From IMG/VR virus record IMGVR_UViG_3300035703_000241, positions 1-36,046 of that record: a stretch of 36,046 nucleotides of DNA; one strand, given 5' to 3'. Positions within the stretch are counted from its first letter, which is position 1. The number at the start of each line of letters is the position of its first letter. This DNA comes from a virus (Duplodnaviria; Caudoviricetes). Positions 16,848 through 25,238 of this stretch are shown piece by piece. Under the pieces are notes generated by a model. It was not told the origin of the DNA, made no database searches, and saw only the letters and a list, made by a program, of their open reading frames with translations. Both the position numbers and the translations under genes were made by a program.

Positions 16848-17246
16848 TCAGGTCGCCGCGCCGGACGGGGGAAGTGTAGCAGACTCCCACAGGGCGCGCG
16901 GACAGGTGGCCGCAGGCATGCGCGCCTTGATGGACAACTCCGCGCGCGGGTTGTTGCCGCATCCGCACGCGCGGCATCGTCCGATCTGCGGCAGCATCAG
17001 CGGTTCCAGCTCTGGGCATGCCTGGCACCTTGCGATTCGGTTGTCGTACTCCGCATCAGGCACGGGCCCATGCAGCCGCAGGCTTGCTTCCGCCTGCATC
17101 CATGCGTGCGCGCGCTGCAGCACCGATGGCGTGGGCGGCGGTTGATGTCCGGCGTAGGCAAGCACCTTGGCCGTCTTAGCAACGAGGTCCAGCTCGACCG
17201 TCCACAGTCCGTCTGGGGCAACGATGTTGGTGATGTGCGTGGTCAT
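16848..17246 (-). CDS. Cys-cluster (probable Zn-binding) protein, DUF6171-like pattern
   Basis: EYDNRIARCQAC...CRACGC...K....ATCP..LW; ATGA overlap with the upstream gene. Confidence 0.65.
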   Translation of the reverse strand: MTTHITNIVAPDGLWTVELDLVAKTAKVLAYAGHQPPPTPSVLQRAHAWMQAEASLRLHGPVPDAEYDNRIARCQACPELEPLMLPQIGRCRACGCGNNPRAELSIKARMPAATCPRALWESATLPPSGAAT

Positions 17247-18184
17247 AGGGCGGTGACGGTGATGGTCGAGGGAATGGTCCATCCTGGTGGACCCTTGCCG
17301 CAGCGGGCCTCGCGCTCGCTGGAACAATATGACGGCGGGTAGCAGAGGTCGTACGCTTCCAGGGAGCAAGGGTCGGACCAGAGCCGCCCTGCACCCGGGA
17401 ACCCCGCAAAGCGATCTGCATACTCGGTGAATGGATACGACGCTTCGCTAGCTGCCAAGTAATACTCGCCTGTCCGGTTGCGGCATGACGAGAACGGCAC
17501 GGCCTTGACGTACATGGCACTCATCTGCGTGGTCCTGAGGAACATGTACGCGTACCCGTCTTCGACTGGACCCACAGGACAGGCTCCGGCGTCGCCGAGC
17601 GAGCCGTAGATCGGGAAGAATGGAGATGCCTGCACGCGCCCTGCACGGATGATGACGACGTCAAACAATCCCGTCCAGCCGCTGCAACCCCATGGATCTA
17701 GTCCGCCTTGCGCGATTGGGTTGCACGTGAACCATGTCGATTGGACGTTGAATGGCTCTCCGGTGACAGACAGCGTCGTGCCGTTGGGTCCTTGTGTCAC
17801 GAATTGCGGATTGCGCACGACCGCCGTGAAGCTCTGGGCGCTTGGTGTCCATGTGATCGTGAGCGTGTCGCAGACCTCGCATCCATTGCCGCCCGGCAGA
17901 GCTCGCGGGAACAGGTTCTGGATGTATGTCGATGGGTAGGAGCCGACGTCGAAATTTCCGCTGGTCCACAGAGAGGTCTGCCAATCACATGGATCGCATC
18001 CCAGGTTGACGTTCTGAAAGCCCGTCGGCGTGCCGCGAGAGAAGAACTGCGATGTAGCCGCGAACGTCACCTTGAGGTCGTTGGGCTGCCCGGCGCAGAG
18101 CGGGATGCAGTTTGGGTTTCCGTTGTAGGACGGCTCGCCCGGTCCGCAGCAGCAGCGCGCCAGCAATGAGCTGATGAGGCTCAT
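17243..18184 (-). CDS. Cysteine-rich hypothetical late protein (313 aa, 17 Cys)
   Basis: MSLISSLLARCCCGPG...; rich in Ser/Thr/Gly/Pro and aromatics; ATGA overlap. Confidence 0.7.
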   Translation of the reverse strand: MSLISSLLARCCCGPGEPSYNGNPNCIPLCAGQPNDLKVTFAATSQFFSRGTPTGFQNVNLGCDPCDWQTSLWTSGNFDVGSYPSTYIQNLFPRALPGGNGCEVCDTLTITWTPSAQSFTAVVRNPQFVTQGPNGTTLSVTGEPFNVQSTWFTCNPIAQGGLDPWGCSGWTGLFDVVIIRAGRVQASPFFPIYGSLGDAGACPVGPVEDGYAYMFLRTTQMSAMYVKAVPFSSCRNRTGEYYLAASEASYPFTEYADRFAGFPGAGRLWSDPCSLEAYDLCYPPSYCSSEREARCGKGPPGWTIPSTITVTAL

Positions 18185-18411
18185 GGTGCGGGCGGCTCGA
18201 CGTATGACGGCGGCACGCAGTACCACCCTTCCGGAATGGAAACGGCGTTGCTGGACAGCATCCACCCGTCGGAGGTCTTGGTGTAGACCCGTCCCCGGAT
18301 GTCAGGCCCCGTCCTGATCGGACTTGATTCGCTGACCAGCACGGTGCGCGTGCATCCAGTTCCGAATGCGATCGCCAGCGCGCCGCAAGAGGTCAGGGTG
18401 AGTCGGTGCAT
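18181..18411 (-). CDS. Lipoprotein, o-spanin (Rz1)-like
   Basis: Signal peptide with lipobox-like ALAIAFGTG-C and a Pro-rich C-terminus; overlaps the upstream membrane gene in another frame. Confidence 0.55.
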   Translation of the reverse strand: MHRLTLTSCGALAIAFGTGCTRTVLVSESSPIRTGPDIRGRVYTKTSDGWMLSSNAVSIPEGWYCVPPSYVEPPAP

Positions 18412-18493
18412 CAGCTGCCTTACCGTTGTCGCCTGCAATCCCGGTCAACCAAGCGAGCAGCGAGTCAAGCAGGGCTCGCGCGAACGCGTACAC
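18302..18493 (-). CDS. Small membrane-anchored protein, i-spanin (Rz)-like
   Basis: N-terminal hydrophobic helix (FARALLDSLLAWLTGIA); overlaps the lipoprotein gene as in Rz/Rz1 pairs. Confidence 0.45.
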   Translation of the reverse strand: MYAFARALLDSLLAWLTGIAGDNGKAADAPTHPDLLRRAGDRIRNWMHAHRAGQRIKSDQDGA

Positions 18494-18494
18494 G

Positions 18495-18698
18495 TCACGC
18501 CTTCGAGTTGTCCTTGGCGAAGATGAGGCCGATGCCTGCGATCAGTGCCGCGATCAATGCCGGCCAATCCGGAACGGTGGACGCGTTGTTGTCCGTGAGC
18601 GCCGCAAGGGCCGCGCCGCCGGCGACCATGATGGCCGCCACGCCGGCTCCGGTGGTCTTCCATGACTTGCCGTGCATCATCTCGCTGATCTTGTTCAT
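18495..18698 (-). CDS. Holin-like two-TM membrane protein
   Basis: KSWKTT-GAGVAAIMVAGGAALAAL...WPALIAALIAGIGLIFAKD; possible alternative starts in MNKISEMM. Confidence 0.6.
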   Translation of the reverse strand: MNKISEMMHGKSWKTTGAGVAAIMVAGGAALAALTDNNASTVPDWPALIAALIAGIGLIFAKDNSKA

Positions 18699-18898
18699 GG
18701 CATTTGCCTTTCGAGCTTGGCTTCGATCTTGTCCAGGCGCGCGTTGGCGGCTTGGCCTTGCGCGACCATCTGCGTCAACAGACGGTCGTGATGCAGGAAG
18801 GCGCTCAGCAATGCTCCTGCCAGCGTGCTTGCGAGCGCGCCGATGGCAACCCAATCGCGAATCGACAGCCTGACGACGTTGTCTGCTTCCCTGGTCAC
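18695..18898 (-). CDS. Small single-TM plus coiled-coil membrane protein (lysis cassette)
   Basis: WVAIGALASTLAGALLSAFL followed by ARLDKIEAKLER. Confidence 0.55.
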   Translation of the reverse strand: MTREADNVVRLSIRDWVAIGALASTLAGALLSAFLHHDRLLTQMVAQGQAANARLDKIEAKLERQMP

Positions 18899-18929
18899 GG
18901 CAGCAGGCTAGCAAGTTGCCTTGCGCATG

Positions 18930-19445
18930 TCACCCCTGCGGGCATTCGCCGTCGATGCGGTTGGGCGCGCAGAATTCGCACCGCAGCACGCCTGCCTTGT
19001 CGCGCACCATCATGATGTGCACGACTGTTCCTGGCGGCACCGGACTGATGGACCATCCCGGATGCTCCGTGAGCTCGGTGGCGTTTGAAACGCCGAAGCC
19101 GTACGCGATGCTGGCGGTGTTGCCTGCTTCAAGCACGTTGAGCGCCTTGCTCATGCCGGGCGTCGTGTCTGACAGCGGTGGAGTTGCTTCGTCTGCAAAC
19201 GTCGTGAGCGGCGCGGCGTTGCGCCGCACTTGCTTCCATGCGTACTCCCACCGCGCCACGCCGCTGATCTGGGACGGTGCGCCGATCTGCGCCGTGATCC
19301 ATCGCGGCTGGTCGGGCGCGGGGCCGAGCCGCCCGTCAGTGACAACACCCGGACCTAGCACGGTGTCGACCGTGCGGACGAGGTCGCCCCACACCGCTGG
19401 GGTCAATGCCCCTAGGCCCGTGTGGATGTGCGGCTTCATCGGCAT
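18930..19445 (-). CDS. Putative minor tail / tail-tip protein (171 aa)
   Basis: Second gene after the tape measure, TGATG-coupled to the upstream gene; assigned by position only. Confidence 0.5.
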   Translation of the reverse strand: MPMKPHIHTGLGALTPAVWGDLVRTVDTVLGPGVVTDGRLGPAPDQPRWITAQIGAPSQISGVARWEYAWKQVRRNAAPLTTFADEATPPLSDTTPGMSKALNVLEAGNTASIAYGFGVSNATELTEHPGWSISPVPPGTVVHIMMVRDKAGVLRCEFCAPNRIDGECPQG

Positions 19446-20215
19446 CAGACGACGATGCCCATGGTTGCGAAGTTGTATGTCGTCGGGAACGGCTGACGCC
19501 AGACGACCAGCGATGCGTTTGCTCTCCCGTCTGTCGATGGCGTCGTGATCTTGGGCCGGCCGTCGAGGTCGCGAATGGCGACTTGCCTGCAGTGCGCGAA
19601 GTCGTCGTAGACGAACTTGTACTGCACCTCGTACTTGGATGGACCAACACGCTTCGCGCTTGCCCCGGTGAACAGGACGAATCCTGCCGCTGCCCCGAGC
19701 CACGCAGTGGTGTTGCGCTTTCCGAGCGCGAGCCGGATTGCCGCGGCGTTGTTGTCGCTGCGGAAGTTGGTGACGGTCAATTCCTGGGTCGGGATCATGA
19801 TCGACACGGGCTGGCCGCCCTGGTCGATTGGCGTGCCGCCGATATCGCTGTTGCCGGGGCTGCTGAGACTGCCCGGAGCCGCGGCACCCGAGCGGAACGC
19901 ATCAACGGCGATGGCGCTGCTGCTCATGTCCAGCGCGACGTATTCCGTGTCGTTGGTGGCTTCGCTCGTGTACGACAGGCTGAGCGTCCACAGCATGCTC
20001 ATGCCGTCCTCGATGGCGTCTGCGGTCACGCTCTGCAGGAAGGCTTGGACGCCGTTCACCGTCTTGCTGGAGCCGAGCGCGGGCGCTGCGTCGATGACGT
20101 TGGCATATGTCAGCGCGCTTCCGCTGGACGCGATGTATTCCTCGGTGACCTGAGCCGTGCCGTCTTCGTTGGCGGTCACGGATTGCTTGCGCAGGTGCAG
20201 CGTTGGCGTTGCCAT
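19445..20215 (-). CDS. Putative distal tail / hub protein (256 aa)
   Basis: Immediately follows the tape measure gene, beta-rich composition; assigned by position. Confidence 0.55.
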   Translation of the reverse strand: MATPTLHLRKQSVTANEDGTAQVTEEYIASSGSALTYANVIDAAPALGSSKTVNGVQAFLQSVTADAIEDGMSMLWTLSLSYTSEATNDTEYVALDMSSSAIAVDAFRSGAAAPGSLSSPGNSDIGGTPIDQGGQPVSIMIPTQELTVTNFRSDNNAAAIRLALGKRNTTAWLGAAAGFVLFTGASAKRVGPSKYEVQYKFVYDDFAHCRQVAIRDLDGRPKITTPSTDGRANASLVVWRQPFPTTYNFATMGIVV

Positions 20216-22620
20216 TAGGTGAGCACTCCCGCGAAGGCGCGCGTGTTGGCTTCGATCTGCTTCAGGATGGAGACCGTCTGATCTTCCAGGCGCTCTCCGG
20301 TGGCGTGGCTGCCTCCGGGCTGCGCCGCCGCCGTGGCGAGCGCCGATGCCTCGGTGGCGCCTGCGATGCGTTCAAGCATTTCGACGGATGCGTAGCCGAC
20401 GTCGAGCTGCTCCTCCGCGAGCTTCACGGAATCCACCATGCCCGGGAGCTTGATGGAGCCCAGCGCGGTCTGCACGGAGTCGGGGCCTCCGCCGCCACCC
20501 GCGCCGCCGGACTTGCCGTCCTTGGCCTTGGCGGCGTCTATCTGCTCCTGCAGCGCCAGACCGCGCTCGATCTCCTCGGCCGTTGCCCCGGCGGCACGCA
20601 ACTTCTCCTCGAGCAGCTCGCGCTCGCTCATCGTGGCACGCTTTGCCTGGTCCTCGAGGTCGCGCAGGATGTTCCCGACCTGCGTGTCTCGCAGCGCGCC
20701 CATGGCTGCTTCGATCTGGTCTTGGGTGGCGCCGAGCGCTTCAAGCCGCATGCGCATCAGTTCCGCCTCGGACTTGCCTGCTTCGTCGGCGGCGCGCGTG
20801 ACGTCGGCCAGAATGCTCTCGATCTCGGCTGCGTTCTTGGCGGCGGATTCCATTGCCGTCAGCTCCTGCTGCAGCCTGATTGCTTCGTCAATTTGCTCCT
20901 GGGTGGCGCCGAGGGAGCGAAGCTGGGCGGCTGCCAGCTCGTCGGCGCTCTTGCCGAAGTCGTCCACCTTGCGCCGCATGTCGTCCAGTCGGGCCGCGAG
21001 CTTCTCCTGCTGCTTCGCCTGCTCTGCTGCCGCTTCTTCCGCCGCCTTGGCGTCGGTCATCTGCTGCTGCAGTTGCAGCGCCTCCTGGATCTGCGCCGAC
21101 GTTGCCCCGAGCTTCGACAGCTGCGCTTCCAGCAGCTGCGCGTCGGTCTTGCCGATCTTCTCGGCGTCGTCGCGCATCTTCTCCAGGATCTTTGCGACCT
21201 CCTCGGCGCGCTTGAGCTGCTCGGGATCGACGATCGCGGGCGGAGCCGCCTGCGATGCCGTGGCCGGATCGGCGGTTGCTTCGCGGCGCGCCTTTTCGAA
21301 GGCGAGCGCCGCGAGCGCGAACGAGCCCGCCTGACCCGCGGCCTGCTGCGCCAACAGCGTGCCCGTGGTGGAGAAGCGCTCGGCGGCGTCGTCCATGTCC
21401 TGCGCTGCTGCCGCGAATCCCTTGTCGGAGATGCGCCGCATCAGTTCGGAGGCGCGCTCGAACCCCTTGGTCGGGATCTCGATGCCGGGGATGTAGTTCA
21501 GCAGCTCGATGAGGTTGGCGACGATGCCGACGACTTCCGACAGGACGCGAAGGATTGACCCCATCAGGAAGCCGTTGATCGACTGCAGGACGTTGTAGAT
21601 GCCCATGAAGCCTTCCCACAGCGGGCGAACGGCGTCGAGGCCCTCGGCGACCAGCATCACGAATTCGCTCATGCCGCTGACGAGGCTGTCGGCGTTCTGG
21701 GCCAGCATGTCCTTGATGGTGTCCGTGACCATCTGGATCATGGGCGCCAGCGGAGCCATCACCTCGGCCATCAGCCGCTCGAAGGCGAGGCCAAGCGTGT
21801 CTACGGAGTCTTGCAGCGAGGCGAGCGCCTGCACGCTGCCTTCCTTGATGGTGAACGCGGCGGCTTCCTTGTTGAGCTGGTCCAGTTCCTCGGCGCTCAA
21901 CTTGACCATGCCTGCGAGCCCGGTGCCGCCCTTGCCGAAGATGTCGCGCAGCGCTTTCACCTTCTCGGTGTGGGTCGGCAGCTCGCGGATCTTGCCGATG
22001 ATCTCCTCGAAGGCCTTGGTGGCGTCCATCGTGCTCAACTTGCCGACGTCCAGGCCGAGTTTCTCGAAGGACTTGGATGCCTCTGCGCTGCCCTGCGCCG
22101 CGTTGGCGAGTGCGAATTGCATCTTGGTGATGCTGGTCTTGATCTTTTCCGGTCCTGCGCCTGCGGCGGTGCCGACGTATTCGAGCCGCTGGAAGTTCTC
22201 CGCGGTGGTGCCGAGCTCGTCCGCGGTTTCCTTGAGCTGATCGCCGAGCTTGGCGGCCTTCAGCGTTGCCATGACGAGCGCCGTGCCCACCGCTGCGACG
22301 GCCACGGCGACGGCGGCGCCGCCCAGCACGACCGCGGTCATTGGATTGGCCAGCAGCGTCATCGCCCCACCGAACTGCCCCACCACCTTGCTTCCTGATT
22401 GGGCGACGTTGGCGATGCCCTGCATTGCCGACATGACGCGTGCCGCTCCTGCCCCGAGGTCGCCGGGAAGGATGGATGCCAGCATGCCGCCTGCACCCAT
22501 GGCAATTCCGCCGATGGACGTGGCCCATTGGCTGACTCGGCCTTTGGCTTCCGCCAACGACTTCTCCATGGGCTTGGTATCAGCGCCGATCCGCACGAAC
22601 AGGTTGCCGATGGTTGCCAT
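20215..22620 (-). CDS. Tail tape measure protein
   Basis: MATIGNLFVRIGADT N-terminus, 801 aa Ala-rich helical protein following the chaperone genes. Confidence 0.93.
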   Translation of the reverse strand: MATIGNLFVRIGADTKPMEKSLAEAKGRVSQWATSIGGIAMGAGGMLASILPGDLGAGAARVMSAMQGIANVAQSGSKVVGQFGGAMTLLANPMTAVVLGGAAVAVAVAAVGTALVMATLKAAKLGDQLKETADELGTTAENFQRLEYVGTAAGAGPEKIKTSITKMQFALANAAQGSAEASKSFEKLGLDVGKLSTMDATKAFEEIIGKIRELPTHTEKVKALRDIFGKGGTGLAGMVKLSAEELDQLNKEAAAFTIKEGSVQALASLQDSVDTLGLAFERLMAEVMAPLAPMIQMVTDTIKDMLAQNADSLVSGMSEFVMLVAEGLDAVRPLWEGFMGIYNVLQSINGFLMGSILRVLSEVVGIVANLIELLNYIPGIEIPTKGFERASELMRRISDKGFAAAAQDMDDAAERFSTTGTLLAQQAAGQAGSFALAALAFEKARREATADPATASQAAPPAIVDPEQLKRAEEVAKILEKMRDDAEKIGKTDAQLLEAQLSKLGATSAQIQEALQLQQQMTDAKAAEEAAAEQAKQQEKLAARLDDMRRKVDDFGKSADELAAAQLRSLGATQEQIDEAIRLQQELTAMESAAKNAAEIESILADVTRAADEAGKSEAELMRMRLEALGATQDQIEAAMGALRDTQVGNILRDLEDQAKRATMSERELLEEKLRAAGATAEEIERGLALQEQIDAAKAKDGKSGGAGGGGGPDSVQTALGSIKLPGMVDSVKLAEEQLDVGYASVEMLERIAGATEASALATAAAQPGGSHATGERLEDQTVSILKQIEANTRAFAGVLT
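20540..21153 (-). repeat. Four degenerate protein repeats in the tape measure C-terminal half
   Basis: GKTDAQLLEAQLSKLGATSAQIQEA / GKSADELAAAQLRSLGATQEQIDEA / GKSEAELMRMRLEALGATQDQIEAA / TMSERELLEEKLRAAGATAEEIERG. Confidence 0.75.
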
Positions 22621-22659
22621 ATCAAATAGCCTTCTGATGCGTTGCGGTAACGGTTTCCA

Positions 22660-22989
22660 TCAGCGGCCGGGCTTGATGAAGGGCGCAAAGAGCGCCTTCA
22701 CCGCTTCGGCATCCAGCGGATCGACCTCGGGCTTCTCTAGGAATGGCATGAAGTCGGATGGCTTGAACGGCGCCGCTCCACGCTTGCGGTTGGAGTTCGC
22801 GAGCAACGAGCAGATCAAGCCGCCGATCAGGTCGACGCGCGCCCACCCGATTGGTTCCAGGCGGTCGTAGGCCATCCATTCCGACAGCTCTTGCGAGCTC
22901 ATGCGGGACAGCAGTTCGTCGACCGTCATGCCGAGCTGCGCCGCGAGCCGGAACAGAAACCGCCGACTCGGGCGCGCTTTCAGTTTCCC
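22660..22989 (-). CDS. Tail assembly chaperone frameshift extension (gpT-like)
   Basis: The -1 frame is open from the slippery site: KLKARPSRRFLFRLAAQLGMTVDELLSRMSSQELSEWMAYDRLEP. Confidence 0.85.
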   Translation of the reverse strand, partial: GKLKARPSRRFLFRLAAQLGMTVDELLSRMSSQELSEWMAYDRLEPIGWARVDLIGGLICSLLANSNRKRGAAPFKPSDFMPFLEKPEVDPLDAEAVKALFAPFIKPGR

Positions 22990-23354
22990 GCGAGTTCCTC
23001 GACGTCGGTCGGGCTGAGGCCTGAGAGCTGTTGCGCCAGCGTGAACAGGCGATCCACGACGGCGGCCGGAACGTTGCCGAGCGCCTCAGCGTCATGGTCT
23101 CCGAACAGCCGCTCTCCGGTCTCGGTGCAGATCGCGCGCACGAGCAGCCGCGCTCGCACGTTCTCCATGTTGAGGCCACGCGCCTTGCCGCGTCCTGCCA
23201 TGCACGAGGCTTCGAAGGCGTCCCGCTCCCGTGCCGACAGGCCACGCACGTAGATCGGTGCGTCCAGTCCAGCAATGTCGACTCGCTCGACCTTTGTGGC
23301 GTTGGCGAGCGCAAGGATGGCATCCTTCGTTGCATGCTTGATGGGGGAATCCAT
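22980..23354 (-). CDS. Tail assembly chaperone (gpG-like)
   Basis: Between the major tail and tape measure genes; IYVRGLSARERDAFE...GERLF. Confidence 0.88.
   Translation of the reverse strand: MDSPIKHATKDAILALANATKVERVDIAGLDAPIYVRGLSARERDAFEASCMAGRGKARGLNMENVRARLLVRAICTETGERLFGDHDAEALGNVPAAVVDRLFTLAQQLSGLSPTDVEELAGN
22983..22989 (-). promoter_or_regulatory. Programmed -1 ribosomal frameshift site G-GGA-AAC
   Basis: GCG GGA AAC TGA ends the chaperone gene; the -1 frame is in register with ORF 22660..22929. Confidence 0.88.
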
Positions 23355-23398
23355 TCCCTCATCGTAAGCCGTGCCTTGAGGTTGTGCAACCCGTTACG

Positions 23399-23827
23399 TC
23401 AGGAGGGCACTGCTGGCGTGCCGAACGTCACAACGCCGTCGATGCGCAGCGTCAGCGTGCCCGTCTGCGCGGCGTCGACGCCGGTGTCGAGGCTGAACCC
23501 CTGCTGGAACGCCTTGAACGACAGCGTCTGCGTCGTGTTGGCGGGCGGCGTTGCGGTGTTTGGTCCGCTCGGCAGGACGATCGACCAATCCTCGGACGTG
23601 TTGCTCGAGGAGACAGGCACGTAGCCGCCCAGCGAGTCGTCGTAGTTGAACGAGACCTCGATGGTTCCGGAGTCGACGGTGCCCATCTTGTAGACCTTGG
23701 CGGCGTCCGTCAGAGCGGTGACGTCGATTTCGGCGCGCGAAATCCCTGACAGGCTGATGGCCGTGACGTCTCCGAGGGTGACGGCGCCCTTCTTGATGAC
23801 GGTACCGAAGCTGACGTTGGCTGGCAT
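23399..23827 (-). CDS. Major tail (tube) protein
   Basis: EIDVTALTD...YKMGTVDSGTIEVSFNY...TLTLRIDG fits a lambda gpV-like pattern. Confidence 0.88.
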   Translation of the reverse strand: MPANVSFGTVIKKGAVTLGDVTAISLSGISRAEIDVTALTDAAKVYKMGTVDSGTIEVSFNYDDSLGGYVPVSSSNTSEDWSIVLPSGPNTATPPANTTQTLSFKAFQQGFSLDTGVDAAQTGTLTLRIDGVVTFGTPAVPS

Positions 23828-23845
23828 GGTGTTCCTTGGTTGGGT

Positions 23846-24259
23846 TCAGAAAGTCGAGTGCATGATCCGCACGGTGAGGGTTGCCACGTAGACGCCTTGG
23901 TTTTCGCCTGCGCCGGGCTCGACGTAGGAGGTATTGAGCGAGTCCAAGGTAATGCCGCGCACGCGCACGCCGCCAGTTTCCCCGGCGTACCCGTCCAACG
24001 CAACTCCGCAGGCATTCATCACGTCGCGGCACTGCAGCCGCGTGAGTGCGTAGGCCGCGACGATGACGTCGGTGCGAGTCAGGCCGCCGTGCGCCCCGGT
24101 CATCACCTTGATCGGCTCCGAATACCCGATCTGGTAGACGATGGCGGGCAGCGTCCCGCCCTTGCGGCGGGTGTCTGGCGTGATGGCGCTTGCAGGCACA
24201 AGGCTGGTGACGCCCGTGACGTTCAGCAGCGCGTAGATCGCTTCCTCGATCCGTGCCAT
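23846..24259 (-). CDS. Tail terminator/completion protein (DUF3168-like)
   Basis: IEEAIYALL...LPAIVYQI...ALDGYAG; sits before the major tail gene. Confidence 0.8.
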   Translation of the reverse strand: MARIEEAIYALLNVTGVTSLVPASAITPDTRRKGGTLPAIVYQIGYSEPIKVMTGAHGGLTRTDVIVAAYALTRLQCRDVMNACGVALDGYAGETGGVRVRGITLDSLNTSYVEPGAGENQGVYVATLTVRIMHSTF

Positions 24260-24894
24260 CACACCACCGCTTCCATGGCCTTGGCGAAGGTTTTCTTGTC
24301 GACGCCCGGATTCCTGGCGAGCTCGACGATGGCTTCCTGCACCATCCGCCTTGCTCGCGGGCCGACGCGCGCGAAGGCGCTGGTCATGAATTCCGACCCT
24401 TCGATCTCGACCGGGGACTTGCGCGGCCTGCCGTGATAGGCGACCTTGAGCTTCCACCCGAATTCGATCAGGTGCGCCAGCTGGGCGCGCTTGCCGCGCT
24501 CGATGTCGTTGCTGTCCTTCGGTCGCTTGGGGTAGCGCACGGCGACGTTGCCGTAGACGCCCTTCTTCGGCTTGATTCCGACGCGCACCTTGATGGCGCG
24601 GGCGATCTCGTCCCGCACCGAGCCGTCGGCGTCTTTCTTGCTCTCGCGCGATTCCAGGCCGCTGCGGATCGGGATGTTGTGCACCAGCGCCCGGGCTTCC
24701 TTGGCGACTGCCATCAGTCCTGGCCGGATGGCGCGCCGATACAGGTTGGTTTGCGCCCGTCCAGGCAGGGCGCTGAGCGCGGCGATGGTTTCCTCGATCC
24801 CGCGCACGCCTTGGAGCTGCACGCGTACCGCGCCCATGTCGAGCTTGATGCCCTTGGCGTAGGTCTGCCGGGTTGCAGCGGCAAACTTGTTCAC
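24259..24894 (-). CDS. HK97 gp10-like neck/tail component
   Basis: VQLQGVRGIEETIAALSALP...AHLIEFG...FMTSAF; GTG start. Confidence 0.75.
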   Translation of the reverse strand: MNKFAAATRQTYAKGIKLDMGAVRVQLQGVRGIEETIAALSALPGRAQTNLYRRAIRPGLMAVAKEARALVHNIPIRSGLESRESKKDADGSVRDEIARAIKVRVGIKPKKGVYGNVAVRYPKRPKDSNDIERGKRAQLAHLIEFGWKLKVAYHGRPRKSPVEIEGSEFMTSAFARVGPRARRMVQEAIVELARNPGVDKKTFAKAMEAVV

Positions 24895-25238
24895 GGGACC
24901 ACTTCCTTGGCCAGAATGGTCTGGTAGTGGCGCAGTTCGGTTGGATCGGTGATGGACACAACTTCGAAGTATCGCGGCGCTGAGCCGGGGCCGCGCACGA
25001 ACTTCAGGCGCGATCCCGTCGTGATGCCATGCCCCCATGCGCGCACGGTGATGCGGTGCGAGCAGGTTGCCTGCTGGCCGCCTGCGTACGGCGACTCCGT
25101 GCCTTGCATGGTCTCAACCGCGGCCTGAATCATCACCCCGTCCACCCATGTACGGGATGGCTGGCCGGCCGCGTCTGCTGCCGTGGCCGGCTGCTGGACC
25201 ATCAGCGGAAATCGCAGCGTGGCTGCTTGCAGGCTCAC
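24891..25238 (-). CDS. Head closure (stopper) protein, SPP1 gp16-like
   Basis: DAAGQPSRTW...HRITVR...RYFEVVSITD; GTG start overlaps the adaptor stop. Confidence 0.82.
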   Translation of the reverse strand: MSLQAATLRFPLMVQQPATAADAAGQPSRTWVDGVMIQAAVETMQGTESPYAGGQQATCSHRITVRAWGHGITTGSRLKFVRGPGSAPRYFEVVSITDPTELRHYQTILAKEVVP

